Position numbers and translations under genes: made by a program | The notes under the pieces: generated by a model | Databases searched by the model: none | What the model was told of the DNA's origin: nothing | What the model saw: only the letters and a program-made list of their open reading frames with translations | Part shown: piece by piece, positions 40,547 through 50,890 of the stretch | Layout of the letters: each line of letters begins with the position of its first letter | Numbering within the stretch: the stretch's first letter is position 1 | Assembly: GCA_963783385.1 (NCBI GenBank) | Contig: CAWANJ010000001.1 | Coordinates: 608,001-672,000, forward strand | Direction of reading: 5' to 3' | DNA length: 64,000 nucleotides | From: an uncultured Gemmatimonadales bacterium | Lineage (GTDB): Bacteria; Gemmatimonadota; Gemmatimonadetes; Palauibacterales; Palauibacteraceae

Positions 40547-41659
40547 CTAGCGCGCGGCGGCCGCTCCGGCACCGGCGCCCACCGGGCCGCCCACCATGCG
40601 CTGTAGCTCGGCCGGGTCGCTGCTCACGCGGAGCGCCTCATCCAGCTCGATCTCCCGCTGCATGTATAGCGAGTACAGACTGTCGTTCAGGGTCTGCATG
40701 CCGTGCTTCTTGCCCGACTGCAGGGCGGAGTAGATCTGGTGGACCTTGTCCTCGCGGACCAGGGCCCGGACGGCGGGCGTCGCCACCATGATCTCGCAGG
40801 CCAGCACCCGCCCCGGCTTTCCGGCCCGCGGGAGCAACGTCTGCGTGACCACGCCCTCGAGCACGAAGGCGAGCTGCGCCCGCACCTGGGACTGCTGGTG
40901 GGCCGGGAACACATCGATGATGCGGTTGATGGTCTCGGCGCACGAGTTCGTGTGCAGGGTGGCGAACGCCAGGTGCCCCGTCTCCGCGATGGTGAGGGCG
41001 GCCTGGATGGTCTCCAGGTCGCGCATCTCGCCGATGAGGATCACGTCGGGGTCCTGCCGCAGCACGTACTTGAGCGCCGAGGGGAAGCTCGGCGTGTCCG
41101 ACCCCACCTCGCGCTGGTTCACGAGGCAGCCCTTGTGGCGGTGCACGAACTCGATCGGGTCCTCGATGGTGATGATGTGGCCGCGCCGCTCGCGGTTCAC
41201 CTTGTCGACCATCGAGGCGAGGGTCGTGGACTTACCGGAGCCCGTCGGCCCGGTGACGAGCACGAGCCCGCGGGGCTTCTCGGCCAGGCGCCCCACCACG
41301 GGCGGCAGGCCCAGCTCGTCCAGCCCCAGGATCTTGAACGGGATCGTCCTCAGGGCCATGGCCACGGTGCCCCGCTGCCGGAAGACGTTGCCCCGGAAGC
41401 GCGACAGGTTCTCGACCGCGAAGGAGAAGTCGAGCTCGTTCTCGCGCTCGAAGCGCTTCTTCTGCTCGTCGGTGAGGACCGAGTAGGCCACGATCTGCGT
41501 GTCGCGCGGTCCCAGGGTGACCTCCACCGAGCCTTCCACGAGCTTGCCGTCCACACGGAACTTGGGCTTCTCTCCGGCCGTGATGTGCAGGTCGGAGGCT
41601 CCGCGCTCCAGCATCTCCTCGAGGAGGGCGCGCAGGTTGATCGGCTGCCGCTCGTCCAT
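40547..41659 (-). CDS. pilT: Type IV pilus retraction ATPase
   Basis: GASDLH, GPTGSGKSTT, TIEDPIE, LRQDPD, AETGHL, AVRALVRE (AIRNLIRE-like), GMQT. Confidence 0.95.
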   Translation of the reverse strand: MDERQPINLRALLEEMLERGASDLHITAGEKPKFRVDGKLVEGSVEVTLGPRDTQIVAYSVLTDEQKKRFERENELDFSFAVENLSRFRGNVFRQRGTVAMALRTIPFKILGLDELGLPPVVGRLAEKPRGLVLVTGPTGSGKSTTLASMVDKVNRERRGHIITIEDPIEFVHRHKGCLVNQREVGSDTPSFPSALKYVLRQDPDVILIGEMRDLETIQAALTIAETGHLAFATLHTNSCAETINRIIDVFPAHQQSQVRAQLAFVLEGVVTQTLLPRAGKPGRVLACEIMVATPAVRALVREDKVHQIYSALQSGKKHGMQTLNDSLYSLYMQREIELDEALRVSSDPAELQRMVGGPVGAGAGAAAAR

Positions 41660-41718
41660 GGTCTTCCTGTGGTGGGGGGTGCCGGGGCGCCCCGGGAGGG
41701 CTCGGCGTGCGAGCCGCC

Positions 41719-43458
41719 CTAGGCCGCCGTCTCCTTGATGACTTCCTCGAGCGTGGTGACGCCACGCTTGACCTTCAGCATCCCGTCCTGGCGCAGGGTG
41801 AGCATGCCATTGTCGACGGCCTCGGACTTGAGGTCGTCCGCCGACACGCCCTGCAGCACCATCCGCCGCAACGTGCGTGTCATCGGCATGACCTCGTACA
41901 GCCCCTGCCGGCCCGAATAGCCCGACGAGTCGCACGCATCGCACCCCTCGCCCTTGTATAGCGTCATGCCGTCCAGGCTGCCCGGCTTGAGGCCGGCGGC
42001 CTCGAGGTACTCGGGCGGGTAGTGCGCCTCGGCCTTGCAGTTGTTGCAGATTCTCCGAACCAGCCGCTGGGCGGTGATCACGTTGAGGGCCGAGGCGACG
42101 TTGAAGGGCTCGACGCCCATGTCGATCAGTCGCGTGATCGTCGACGCCGCGTCGTTGGTGTGCAGCGTCGACAGCACCAGGTGGCCGGTGAGGGCCGCCT
42201 TGATGGCGATGCCGCCCGTCTCGAGATCCCGCACCTCCCCCACCATGATGATGTTGGGGTCCTGGCGCAGGAAGGCGCGCAGGGCGGCCGCGAAAGTGAG
42301 GCCGATGTCCGAGCGGACCTGCACCTGGTTGATGCCGTGCAGGTTGTACTCCACCGGGTCCTCCGCCGTCATGATGTTGACGGCCGTGTTGTTGATCTTG
42401 TGCAGGGCGCTGTACAGCGTGGTCGTCTTACCCGAGCCCGTCGGCCCGGTGACCAGGACCATCCCGTAGGGATTCATGATGGCCGAGAGGAAGTCCTGCT
42501 CGGCCTTGGGCTCCATCCCGAACTTCTCGAGGTCCAGGGTGAGGTTCCCCTTGTCCAGGATGCGGAGCACGATCTTCTCGCCGTGAATGACCGGCAGGGT
42601 CGAGACGCGGAAGTCGATGACCCGGCTGCCGATCTTCATCTTGATGCGGCCGTCCTGGGGTACGCGGCGCTCAGCAATGTTGAGGTCCGCGAGGATCTTG
42701 ACGCGCGAGGTGAGAGCCGCCTTCATGCGACGCGGCGGCTTCATGATCTCGTGCAGGGCGCCGTCGATCCGGTAGCGGACCCTGAGTTCCCGTTCGTAGG
42801 GCTCGATGTGGATGTCGGAGGCCCCGCGGCGCACGGCGTCGGTGAGCACGCCGTTGATGAGCCGCACCACCGGAGCGTCGTCGACCTGCGCCCGCAGCTG
42901 GCCGGCGCTGATTTCCTCCTCCTCGTCGTCCTCGACGAGCTGGACCTCCTGCTCCTCGAGCTCCTCGAGCAGGTTGCCGAGCCGGGCGGTCGCGATGTCG
43001 TAGTGTCGCTCGATCGCCTGGCGGAGGGAGTACTCGCCCGCCACGACCGGCTCGATGTCGAAGCGCGTGATGAACTTGAGGTCGTCCACCACGTTGAGGT
43101 CGGTCGGGTCCGCCATGGCCACCGTGAGCGCCCGGCCCACGCGCCGTAGCGGGAACACGAGGTGCTTGCTGGCGAACTCCGCGGGGATGAGCCGCAGGAT
43201 CTTCGGATCGATCTCGATCTCGCTCAAGTCGACGGCCTCGACCTGGAACTGGCGGGCGAGGACCTCGGTGAGCTGCTCCTCGGTCACGTAGCCCATGGCC
43301 ACGACGCAGTACCCGAGCCGCGTGCCGTTGCGGCTCTGTTCGAGCAGCGCCTGCTCGAGCTGCTCGGGGGTCAGGAGTTCCTCCTGGAGCAGAAGCTCGC
43401 CTATGCGCTTCTCGCTGGGCGAGATATCGGGCCTCTGGAGGACGCCGTGGGTGCTCAT
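41719..43458 (-). CDS. pilB: Type IV pilus assembly ATPase
   Basis: N-terminal RIGELL (MshEN-like), ASDIHIEP, GPTGSGKTTT, LRQDP, two CxxC. Confidence 0.95.
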   Translation of the reverse strand: MSTHGVLQRPDISPSEKRIGELLLQEELLTPEQLEQALLEQSRNGTRLGYCVVAMGYVTEEQLTEVLARQFQVEAVDLSEIEIDPKILRLIPAEFASKHLVFPLRRVGRALTVAMADPTDLNVVDDLKFITRFDIEPVVAGEYSLRQAIERHYDIATARLGNLLEELEEQEVQLVEDDEEEEISAGQLRAQVDDAPVVRLINGVLTDAVRRGASDIHIEPYERELRVRYRIDGALHEIMKPPRRMKAALTSRVKILADLNIAERRVPQDGRIKMKIGSRVIDFRVSTLPVIHGEKIVLRILDKGNLTLDLEKFGMEPKAEQDFLSAIMNPYGMVLVTGPTGSGKTTTLYSALHKINNTAVNIMTAEDPVEYNLHGINQVQVRSDIGLTFAAALRAFLRQDPNIIMVGEVRDLETGGIAIKAALTGHLVLSTLHTNDAASTITRLIDMGVEPFNVASALNVITAQRLVRRICNNCKAEAHYPPEYLEAAGLKPGSLDGMTLYKGEGCDACDSSGYSGRQGLYEVMPMTRTLRRMVLQGVSADDLKSEAVDNGMLTLRQDGMLKVKRGVTTLEEVIKETAA

Positions 43459-43510
43459 GGAGTGTGAGGCAGCCTCGGAAAGCGGGATCGGGACGCCAGA
43501 GCGGCGTTAC

Positions 43511-43539
43511 AAGCTAGACGTGGGGCCGCATACCGTCAA
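43511..43539 (-). promoter_or_regulatory. sigma70-type promoter of pilB-pilT-pilC
   Basis: Minus strand TTGACG-N17-TAGCTT. Confidence 0.6.
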
Positions 43540-43622
43540 GAATGGTGCCGGCGCCTTCATGGAGCCTCCGCCGGGGCCGGCGGAGGCGCACTAAGTCTTG
43601 TAAAATACTGTTTTATAATGTC

Positions 43623-44390
43623 TTAGCGCACCAGGACGAGATCCCTGATGAGATCGAAGCGCGCCGGCCCGATTCCGGGCACTTTGCGAAGCTTCTGGAC
43701 ATCTTTGAACGGTCCCTCACGATCGCGCATACGCACAATGCGGCGGGCAATGGCGGGCCCGACGCCCGGCAGCTGCCGAAGTTGTTCCTCGGTGGCCGCG
43801 TTGAGGTCGAGACGCGGCCGGTCGGGCTCCCCGCTCCCGTCGGAGCCGCCGAGCCGCGGAGCGGACTCCCGCCGCGAGTCCCCGTTGGTGCGCTCCGGTG
43901 CGGCCCGATCCGCCTCGGGTGGACGCTCGAAGTAGGGGAGCGAGTGGTCCAGGAGGTAGGGCAGGATCCTGTTCACGCGCTTGGCTCCCAGTCCAGGGAC
44001 CCGGGACAGGTCATCCGGGCGGGCGAACCCGCCACTGCGCTCGCGCTCCCTCACAATGCGGCGCGCCGTGGCCGGACCCACGCCCGGGAGCCGCTCGAGC
44101 TCCTCGGGGGGGGCGCGATTGATGTCGATCCGTTCCCCCGGCGCCAGGGGCGTGGCGGCCCGCCGCGAGCGCGCCAGGTTCCGATCGACCCCGGCGCGCA
44201 CGTGCTCGAGCGGCGGCCGTCCCGCTCCACCCTTCCGGCCCGACTCGCTTCGCTCATCGCTTGACTCCCAGCTGAACGTCGCGGGACCCGGGCCGAGTCC
44301 CGCCCGGACCGCCCCGCCCAGGACGAGGAGCGCGGCCCCCAGCAGCAGGGCCCGCCTCTCCGGGCGGTTCATCTCGAACATCGGCGTCAT
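43623..44390 (-). CDS. comEA: ComEA-like DNA-binding protein with two HhH modules
   Basis: N-terminal TM; IDINRA...LPGVGP...RIV and LDLNAA...LPGVGP...VPGIG. Confidence 0.85.
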   Translation of the reverse strand: MTPMFEMNRPERRALLLGAALLVLGGAVRAGLGPGPATFSWESSDERSESGRKGGAGRPPLEHVRAGVDRNLARSRRAATPLAPGERIDINRAPPEELERLPGVGPATARRIVRERERSGGFARPDDLSRVPGLGAKRVNRILPYLLDHSLPYFERPPEADRAAPERTNGDSRRESAPRLGGSDGSGEPDRPRLDLNAATEEQLRQLPGVGPAIARRIVRMRDREGPFKDVQKLRKVPGIGPARFDLIRDLVLVR

Positions 44391-44452
44391 CCTCCGACTC
44401 GGAGGAAGAGGCTATCGAGGCGGTGTCATCCGACTATCAACGGGGAGGGGGA

Positions 44453-45091
44453 CTAGAAGCTGAAGGTGAGCTCCGCCCAGGCGGCCACGGGCCGGTCGCC
44501 CATCCGGGCCGGGCGGAAGCTCATGCGGAGCACCTTCTGCTGGAGGCGGCGGTTGAAGGCGTCGTCGGCGGTGGGCGGAGACAGGACCACGGGCGCTCTC
44601 GGGCGCCCCAGGGAGTCCACCCGTACGTGCACCGTCACGCTGGTCCCGCGCACCGCGGGAGGGGGGTCCCAGGCCGGGTAGAGGGAACGCGGCTCGGGCG
44701 GCTGCAGGCGCACCGCCTCGCCGGGCGGAGCGCCCCCGCCGCCGGGCGGCATCCCCGCGGCCGGCCTGACGAGGCTGACGGCGACGGCCGGCCCGCCGTC
44801 CGAGCGTGGCGCCACCACCCGCGGCAGGTCCCGGACGGCGATCGGCGGAGGCGGCGACGGGATGCGCACGGGCTCGGTCGAGGGCAGGCGGACCACCTGC
44901 ATGGCGTCGCGGGGGGCGAGCCGGGGCGCTGCCGCCCGGGAGGGGTCCGCGTCCGCCCGGCCGGCCGGCGCGGCCCGCCAGGCCAGGAAGACGCCGGCAT
45001 GCACCAGGACGGAGCCGACCAGGCCCCACGCCAGTATACGGCGGAAGCGCCGGTCGTTCCGCTCCGTGGCCAGCTCGTACGAAGGTCGCAC
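44453..45091 (-). CDS. TonB C-terminal-like protein
   Basis: TM with SVLVH motif, Pro-rich linker, C-terminal VRVDSLG...FRPA; start uncertain. Confidence 0.6.
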   Translation of the reverse strand: MRPSYELATERNDRRFRRILAWGLVGSVLVHAGVFLAWRAAPAGRADADPSRAAAPRLAPRDAMQVVRLPSTEPVRIPSPPPPIAVRDLPRVVAPRSDGGPAVAVSLVRPAAGMPPGGGGAPPGEAVRLQPPEPRSLYPAWDPPPAVRGTSVTVHVRVDSLGRPRAPVVLSPPTADDAFNRRLQQKVLRMSFRPARMGDRPVAAWAELTFSF

Positions 45092-45237
45092 CCTCGAGAT
45101 CCCCCTCCGGGGCTCCTGTCGCGTGGGTCCCGTCCCGTCTTGTTGTAGCGGGCCCGGGACCCGAGGTTCCTCCGGGCTCCCGCCGGCGCCCCCATCTGCT
45201 TGCCCCTCCGCCTCGCAGGCCGGCAGATTGGCCCACC

Positions 45238-46269
45238 ATGAAAGCCATCGTGAAAGCCGCCCCCGAGCCGGGGCTCGAGATTCGGGATGTCGAGCGTCCA
45301 TCCCTCCCGGAGAACGCGGTGCGCATCCGCGTGCGCCGGGCCGGAATCTGCGGAACGGACCTGCACATTTACCAGTGGGACCACTGGTCCCGGAACCGTA
45401 TCCATCCCCCCCTCGTCCTGGGCCACGAGTTCATGGGCGAGGTCGTGGAGCTGGGGTCGCTGGTCTCCAACGTGGCGGTCGGGGACCGGGTGGCGGCCGA
45501 GGGCCACATCGTGTGCGGACACTGCGAGCTGTGCCGCACGGGGAACGGGCACGTATGCCGGGACACCTCGATCATCGGGGTCGATCGGGACGGGGCCTTC
45601 GCCGAAGAAGTGGTCATGCCGGCCACCAACCTCATCCCGATCCCCGACTCCATCTCCGACGACCACGCGGCGGTGTTCGACCCGCTGGGGAACGCCTTCC
45701 ACACGGTCCTGCACGACGACGTGGCCGGGAAGACGGTGGCGATCGTGGGCTGCGGCCCGATCGGCCTGTTCGCCGTCGGGGTGGCGCGAGCGGCCGGGGC
45801 GGCCCGGGTCGTGGCCATCGAGCCGACCGCAGACCGGCTGGAGATCGCCCGGCGCATGGGCGCCGACGACCTGATCGATCCCGGCGAGGTCGACCCGGTG
45901 GAGGCCGTCCGGGAGCTGACCCACGGCTACGGCGCGGACGTAGTGTGCGAGATGAGCGGGAGCCCCGCCGGGATCCGGGCGGGCCTGAAGCTGTGCCGGA
46001 ACGCGGGCAGCGTGCGTCTCCTCGGGCTCCCCAGGGATGACGTGGAGCTCGACCTGGCGGCGGACGTGATCTTCAAGGGGCTCGACATCTACGGCGTCGT
46101 GGGTCGACGCATGTACCGGACGTGGATCCAGATGCGGAACTTCCTGGCCGCCGGGCTCCTGGACATCGACCCCGTCCTCACCCACCGCCTGCCGATGGAG
46201 CGGTTCGAGGAGGGGATCCGCGCCATGGAGAGCGGCGAGGCCGCCAAGGTCGTCCTCGAGATCACATGA
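45238..46269 (+). CDS. tdh: L-threonine 3-dehydrogenase
   Basis: GICGTDLHIY.WD.W, GHEF, Zn-binding Cys cluster, DPLGNA.HT, GCGPIG; kbl nearby. Confidence 0.93.
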   Translation: MKAIVKAAPEPGLEIRDVERPSLPENAVRIRVRRAGICGTDLHIYQWDHWSRNRIHPPLVLGHEFMGEVVELGSLVSNVAVGDRVAAEGHIVCGHCELCRTGNGHVCRDTSIIGVDRDGAFAEEVVMPATNLIPIPDSISDDHAAVFDPLGNAFHTVLHDDVAGKTVAIVGCGPIGLFAVGVARAAGAARVVAIEPTADRLEIARRMGADDLIDPGEVDPVEAVRELTHGYGADVVCEMSGSPAGIRAGLKLCRNAGSVRLLGLPRDDVELDLAADVIFKGLDIYGVVGRRMYRTWIQMRNFLAAGLLDIDPVLTHRLPMERFEEGIRAMESGEAAKVVLEIT

Positions 46270-46940
46270 GGAGGCCCGCGGCCGCCGCCCTCGTCCCTCT
46301 GGCGATCGGCTGCGGGCTGCTGGCGGCCGGCTGCGGCGAGGGAACGCCCACGGAGGGACCGGCCCGGGTCACGTGGGTGGCCTACCCCGAGACGGTCGTC
46401 GCCGGAAAGGCCTTCCCGTTCGAGATCGCCGGGCCGGTGGGCCCCACCACCTGCGCCCGCCTCGACACCAGCGCGGTGACGATCTCCGACTCGGGTATCG
46501 TGGTCTCCGGGCGCCGCTCCGTGTACCACTCCTTCCTGTGCTCGCATACCCGGGTGAGCTTCTACGTGCCCCGGGCCCTGCGGGTCGAGCGGGCCGGCCT
46601 GTATCCGGTGCTCACACCCGAGAGGGCGGCGCTCGGCACGCTGGTCGCGGTCGACTCGGGCGCGTTCTCGTCCCTGCGGACCATCGGCGAGGGCACGGTC
46701 CAGCGGGGCGGCGGCTGCCTCCTGTTCGGCCCGGGCTGGGCCTCCAACCAGCGGCCCTTCTCCCTGCACGGCGTCCCCGCCCGGATCGTGGCGCTGGCCG
46801 GCACCGACTCGGTGGTCCGCGTCGTGGGAGACCTGGCCGGCTTCGACCAGTGCGGAGGGCTCGGCTCCCGGCCCGTCATCGCCGCCGACTCCGCCTCCGT
46901 CACCGGGCGGCTGGCCAGGGACTGGTACACCGGCGGCTGA
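46266..46940 (+). CDS. Hypothetical lipoprotein (Cys-containing)
   Basis: ATG overlaps tdh stop; lipobox LAAGC. Confidence 0.7.
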   Translation: MRRPAAAALVPLAIGCGLLAAGCGEGTPTEGPARVTWVAYPETVVAGKAFPFEIAGPVGPTTCARLDTSAVTISDSGIVVSGRRSVYHSFLCSHTRVSFYVPRALRVERAGLYPVLTPERAALGTLVAVDSGAFSSLRTIGEGTVQRGGGCLLFGPGWASNQRPFSLHGVPARIVALAGTDSVVRVVGDLAGFDQCGGLGSRPVIAADSASVTGRLARDWYTGG

Positions 46941-47185
46941 TCCCGCTCCGGCCGTATCCGGTACACTTCGCCTCGTTAGGGACCCGGCACCGCGCCTTGC
47001 TCGCGGGCCGCGGGCCCACTAACTCCGCACCGGCGCCGGACCGGAGGATGCGCTCCGGGCGGTGGGAGAGAGCGCGCACCATGGCACGATCCTGGCCGGG
47101 GCGCGACCCGCCGTCGGCGTAGCCTGACCTCCCGAGCGGGGGTTTCCGAATACATGACGATGGACGATCACACCGAGGACCGGAC

Positions 47186-49033
47186 ATGACAGTACGAGGG
47201 GAGCCGCCCGCGCAGGACGAGGACGACGAACCACACGCCCCGTCACAGCGCGGATCGGCGCCCGGCAGCGCCTACCGGACCGGATGGGTCTCGGTGCTCG
47301 CCGTGCTCGTGGGACTGTGCGCGGGCGGAGCGGCGTGGGTGCTGTACAGCCTCATCGGGCTGGTCACCAACTTCGTCTTCTACCAGCGGCTGGGCTTCGA
47401 CCTCCCCAGCCTGGCGCACCAGTCGCTGGGCCTGTGGATCCTGATCGTACCCTCCCTGGGCGGCCTGGTCGTGGGGCTCATGATCAAGTTCGGCACCAGC
47501 CGGGTCCGGGGGCACGGCATCCCCGAGGCCATGGAGGCGGTGCTCGCCAACCGGAGCCGCATCGCGCCCCGGGTGGCGATCCTCAAGCCCCTGTCGGCCG
47601 CGGTGGCGATCGGGACGGGCGGGCCGTTCGGGGCCGAGGGCCCGATCATCCAGACGGGCGGGGCGCTGGGCTCCGTGATCGGCCAGCTCATCGACACCAC
47701 CGCCGCGGAGCGCAAGGTCCTGCTGGCCTGCGGCGCGGGCGCGGGCATGGCGGCGGTGTTCGGGACGCCGATCGCCGGGATCATTCTGGCCATCGAGCTC
47801 CTCCTGTTCGAGTTCCGGTCGCGCTCGTTCATCCCGCTCGTCATCGCCACCACGCTGGCCACCGAGGTGCGCTACCACCTGCTGGGCCGGGGCCCGATCT
47901 TCCAGATGCAGCCCGCCCACTACGACGTGATCTCGGGGCTGCCCTTCTACCTGCTCCTCGGCCTGCTGTGCGGGCTGGTGGCGGTGGCGCTCACGGACGG
48001 GCTGTACCGGGTCGAGGATTTTTTCGAGAGCCTCTCCCTGGACGAGATGTGGTGGCCGGCGCTGGGCGGCCTGGTGCTGGGCGTATGCGGCTACCTCATG
48101 CCGCGGGTGCTCGGCGTGGGCTACGACACGATCACCGAGATCCTGAACGGCCACTTCGCCCTCGGGCTGCTGGCCGCGCTGCTCCTCCTCAAGAGCATCG
48201 CCTTCCTGGTGTCGCTGGGCTCGGGGACCTCGGGTGGCCTGCTGGCCCCCACCTTCATGGTGGGCGCCTCGCTGGGCGGCGCCTTCGCCCTGGCGGTGAA
48301 CGCGGTCGTTCCCGGTGCGCACCTGGATCCCGGGGCCTACGCGCTGGTGGGGATGGCCGCCGTGTTCGCGTCGGCCGCGCGGGCCACCTTCACCCTGTTC
48401 GTGTTCGCGTTCGAAATCACGCGGGACTTCAACTCGATCCTGCCTCTCATGCTGGTGTGCGTGATCGCCGACGCGGTGTCGATCAAGCTCATGAAGCAGA
48501 CGATCCTGACGCGAAAGCTCGCCCGCCGAGGCCTGACCGTGCCGCAGGAGTTCGAGGTCGACGCGTTGCAGCAGGTGACCGTAGGCGAGATGATGGACCG
48601 CGAGCCCCCGACGGTGCCCGCGTCCATGAAGCTGTCGGACCTGGCCGACAGGCTGGCCGACCAGGACCCCGAGCTGTCGCGGCACGAGGGGCTGCCGGTG
48701 GTGGACGCCGCCGGCCGGCTGGTCGGCATCGTCACGCACGGGGACGTGCTTCGGAGGCTCGAGCAGGGGGCGGACCGGGACATGGACGTGCTCTCGGTCG
48801 GCACCCGCGATCTGGTGGTGGCGTATCCCGACGAGCTCGTGCACGACGCGGTCCTCAAGATGCTGCACCACGACGTCGGTCGGCTGCCCGTGGTCGAGCG
48901 CAAGGACCCGGGACACCTGATCGGCTACCTGGGCCGCTCGGCCACGCTCGAGGCGCGGCTGCGGCGGCTCCAGGAGGAGCGGGAGCGGGAGCCGGGCTGG
49001 CTGCCCCTGTTCCGGCGGAGCGAGCACGGGTGA
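47186..49033 (+). CDS. ClC chloride channel/antiporter with CBS pair
   Basis: GHGIP, GAEGP, GGLLAP signature motifs, C-terminal CBS domains. Confidence 0.92.
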   Translation: MTVRGEPPAQDEDDEPHAPSQRGSAPGSAYRTGWVSVLAVLVGLCAGGAAWVLYSLIGLVTNFVFYQRLGFDLPSLAHQSLGLWILIVPSLGGLVVGLMIKFGTSRVRGHGIPEAMEAVLANRSRIAPRVAILKPLSAAVAIGTGGPFGAEGPIIQTGGALGSVIGQLIDTTAAERKVLLACGAGAGMAAVFGTPIAGIILAIELLLFEFRSRSFIPLVIATTLATEVRYHLLGRGPIFQMQPAHYDVISGLPFYLLLGLLCGLVAVALTDGLYRVEDFFESLSLDEMWWPALGGLVLGVCGYLMPRVLGVGYDTITEILNGHFALGLLAALLLLKSIAFLVSLGSGTSGGLLAPTFMVGASLGGAFALAVNAVVPGAHLDPGAYALVGMAAVFASAARATFTLFVFAFEITRDFNSILPLMLVCVIADAVSIKLMKQTILTRKLARRGLTVPQEFEVDALQQVTVGEMMDREPPTVPASMKLSDLADRLADQDPELSRHEGLPVVDAAGRLVGIVTHGDVLRRLEQGADRDMDVLSVGTRDLVVAYPDELVHDAVLKMLHHDVGRLPVVERKDPGHLIGYLGRSATLEARLRRLQEEREREPGWLPLFRRSEHG

Positions 49034-49081
49034 CGGGAAGCACGGACGGGAGGAGATGACATCACGGCAGCGGGAGGAGGC

Positions 49082-50272
<1,191 letters not shown>

Positions 50273-50285
50273 TCGTCGCCTCGCG

Positions 50286-50313
50286 TTGACACCCGGACGG
50301 GGAGCCTCTAGGC
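50286..50313 (+). promoter_or_regulatory. sigma70-type promoter of 50.4-54.3 kb operon
   Basis: TTGACA-N16-TAGGCT. Confidence 0.6.
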
Positions 50314-50372
50314 TCCGGGCGTTCGGGGTCCGGCGCGCGCCGGACCAATGGTCTCGTGACGAGAGCGGCCGC

Positions 50373-50750
50373 ATGGGGACGCAGCGGAGGCGGACAGTCG
50401 GGCCGGGCCTGCGCGCCCACCGCCTCGTGCGGCGGCCGGCCGCGACGTTCCTGTTCGCCCTGTTCGTGCTGGCCAACCCGGCCTACTTCTGCCCCATCAA
50501 CTGCCTGCTCCACCACCACGGGGAGCACGCCGCCCATCACGACGCCGCGATGATGGCCGACATGTGCCATCCGGGCCCCCAGCTCACGCGCCAGCAAGCC
50601 CCGGCGGGCCGGGAGCTGTCGCCGGCCGTCCCGGGCGTCGTGAGCGACCTGGCCACCACGACCCCGGAGGTCGGACGCGACGATTCCGGCTCCCTGGCCG
50701 TGGCCCTCTCCACCCGCGCCGCACCGACTCCGCCTCCTCCCAAAGCCTGA
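50373..50750 (+). CDS. DUF2946-like Cys/His/Met-rich leader protein
   Basis: Hydrophobic segment, CPINC, HHHGEHAAHH, MMADMCH, C-terminal RAAPTPPPPKA. Confidence 0.65.
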   Translation: MGTQRRRTVGPGLRAHRLVRRPAATFLFALFVLANPAYFCPINCLLHHHGEHAAHHDAAMMADMCHPGPQLTRQQAPAGRELSPAVPGVVSDLATTTPEVGRDDSGSLAVALSTRAAPTPPPPKA

Positions 50751-50890
50751 GCCCCCGGGCGCCCCGCACGGGCGCCGCCCGCGACACCCCGCACCGTCAG
50801 GACCGGACGGCCTGCCCGCCCCAGCCGGGACGAGCACGCCGCGCGGGAATCCGTCACCGGACAGGCACAGGCACACGGGAGGAACGACAG

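Noticed and set aside
43586-43630. dif/Xer site
   Set aside because: Does not match the 11-6-11 XerC/XerD consensus
46985-47001. sigma54-like CGGCAC...TTGCT
   Set aside because: Spacing is GG-N11-GC, one base too long
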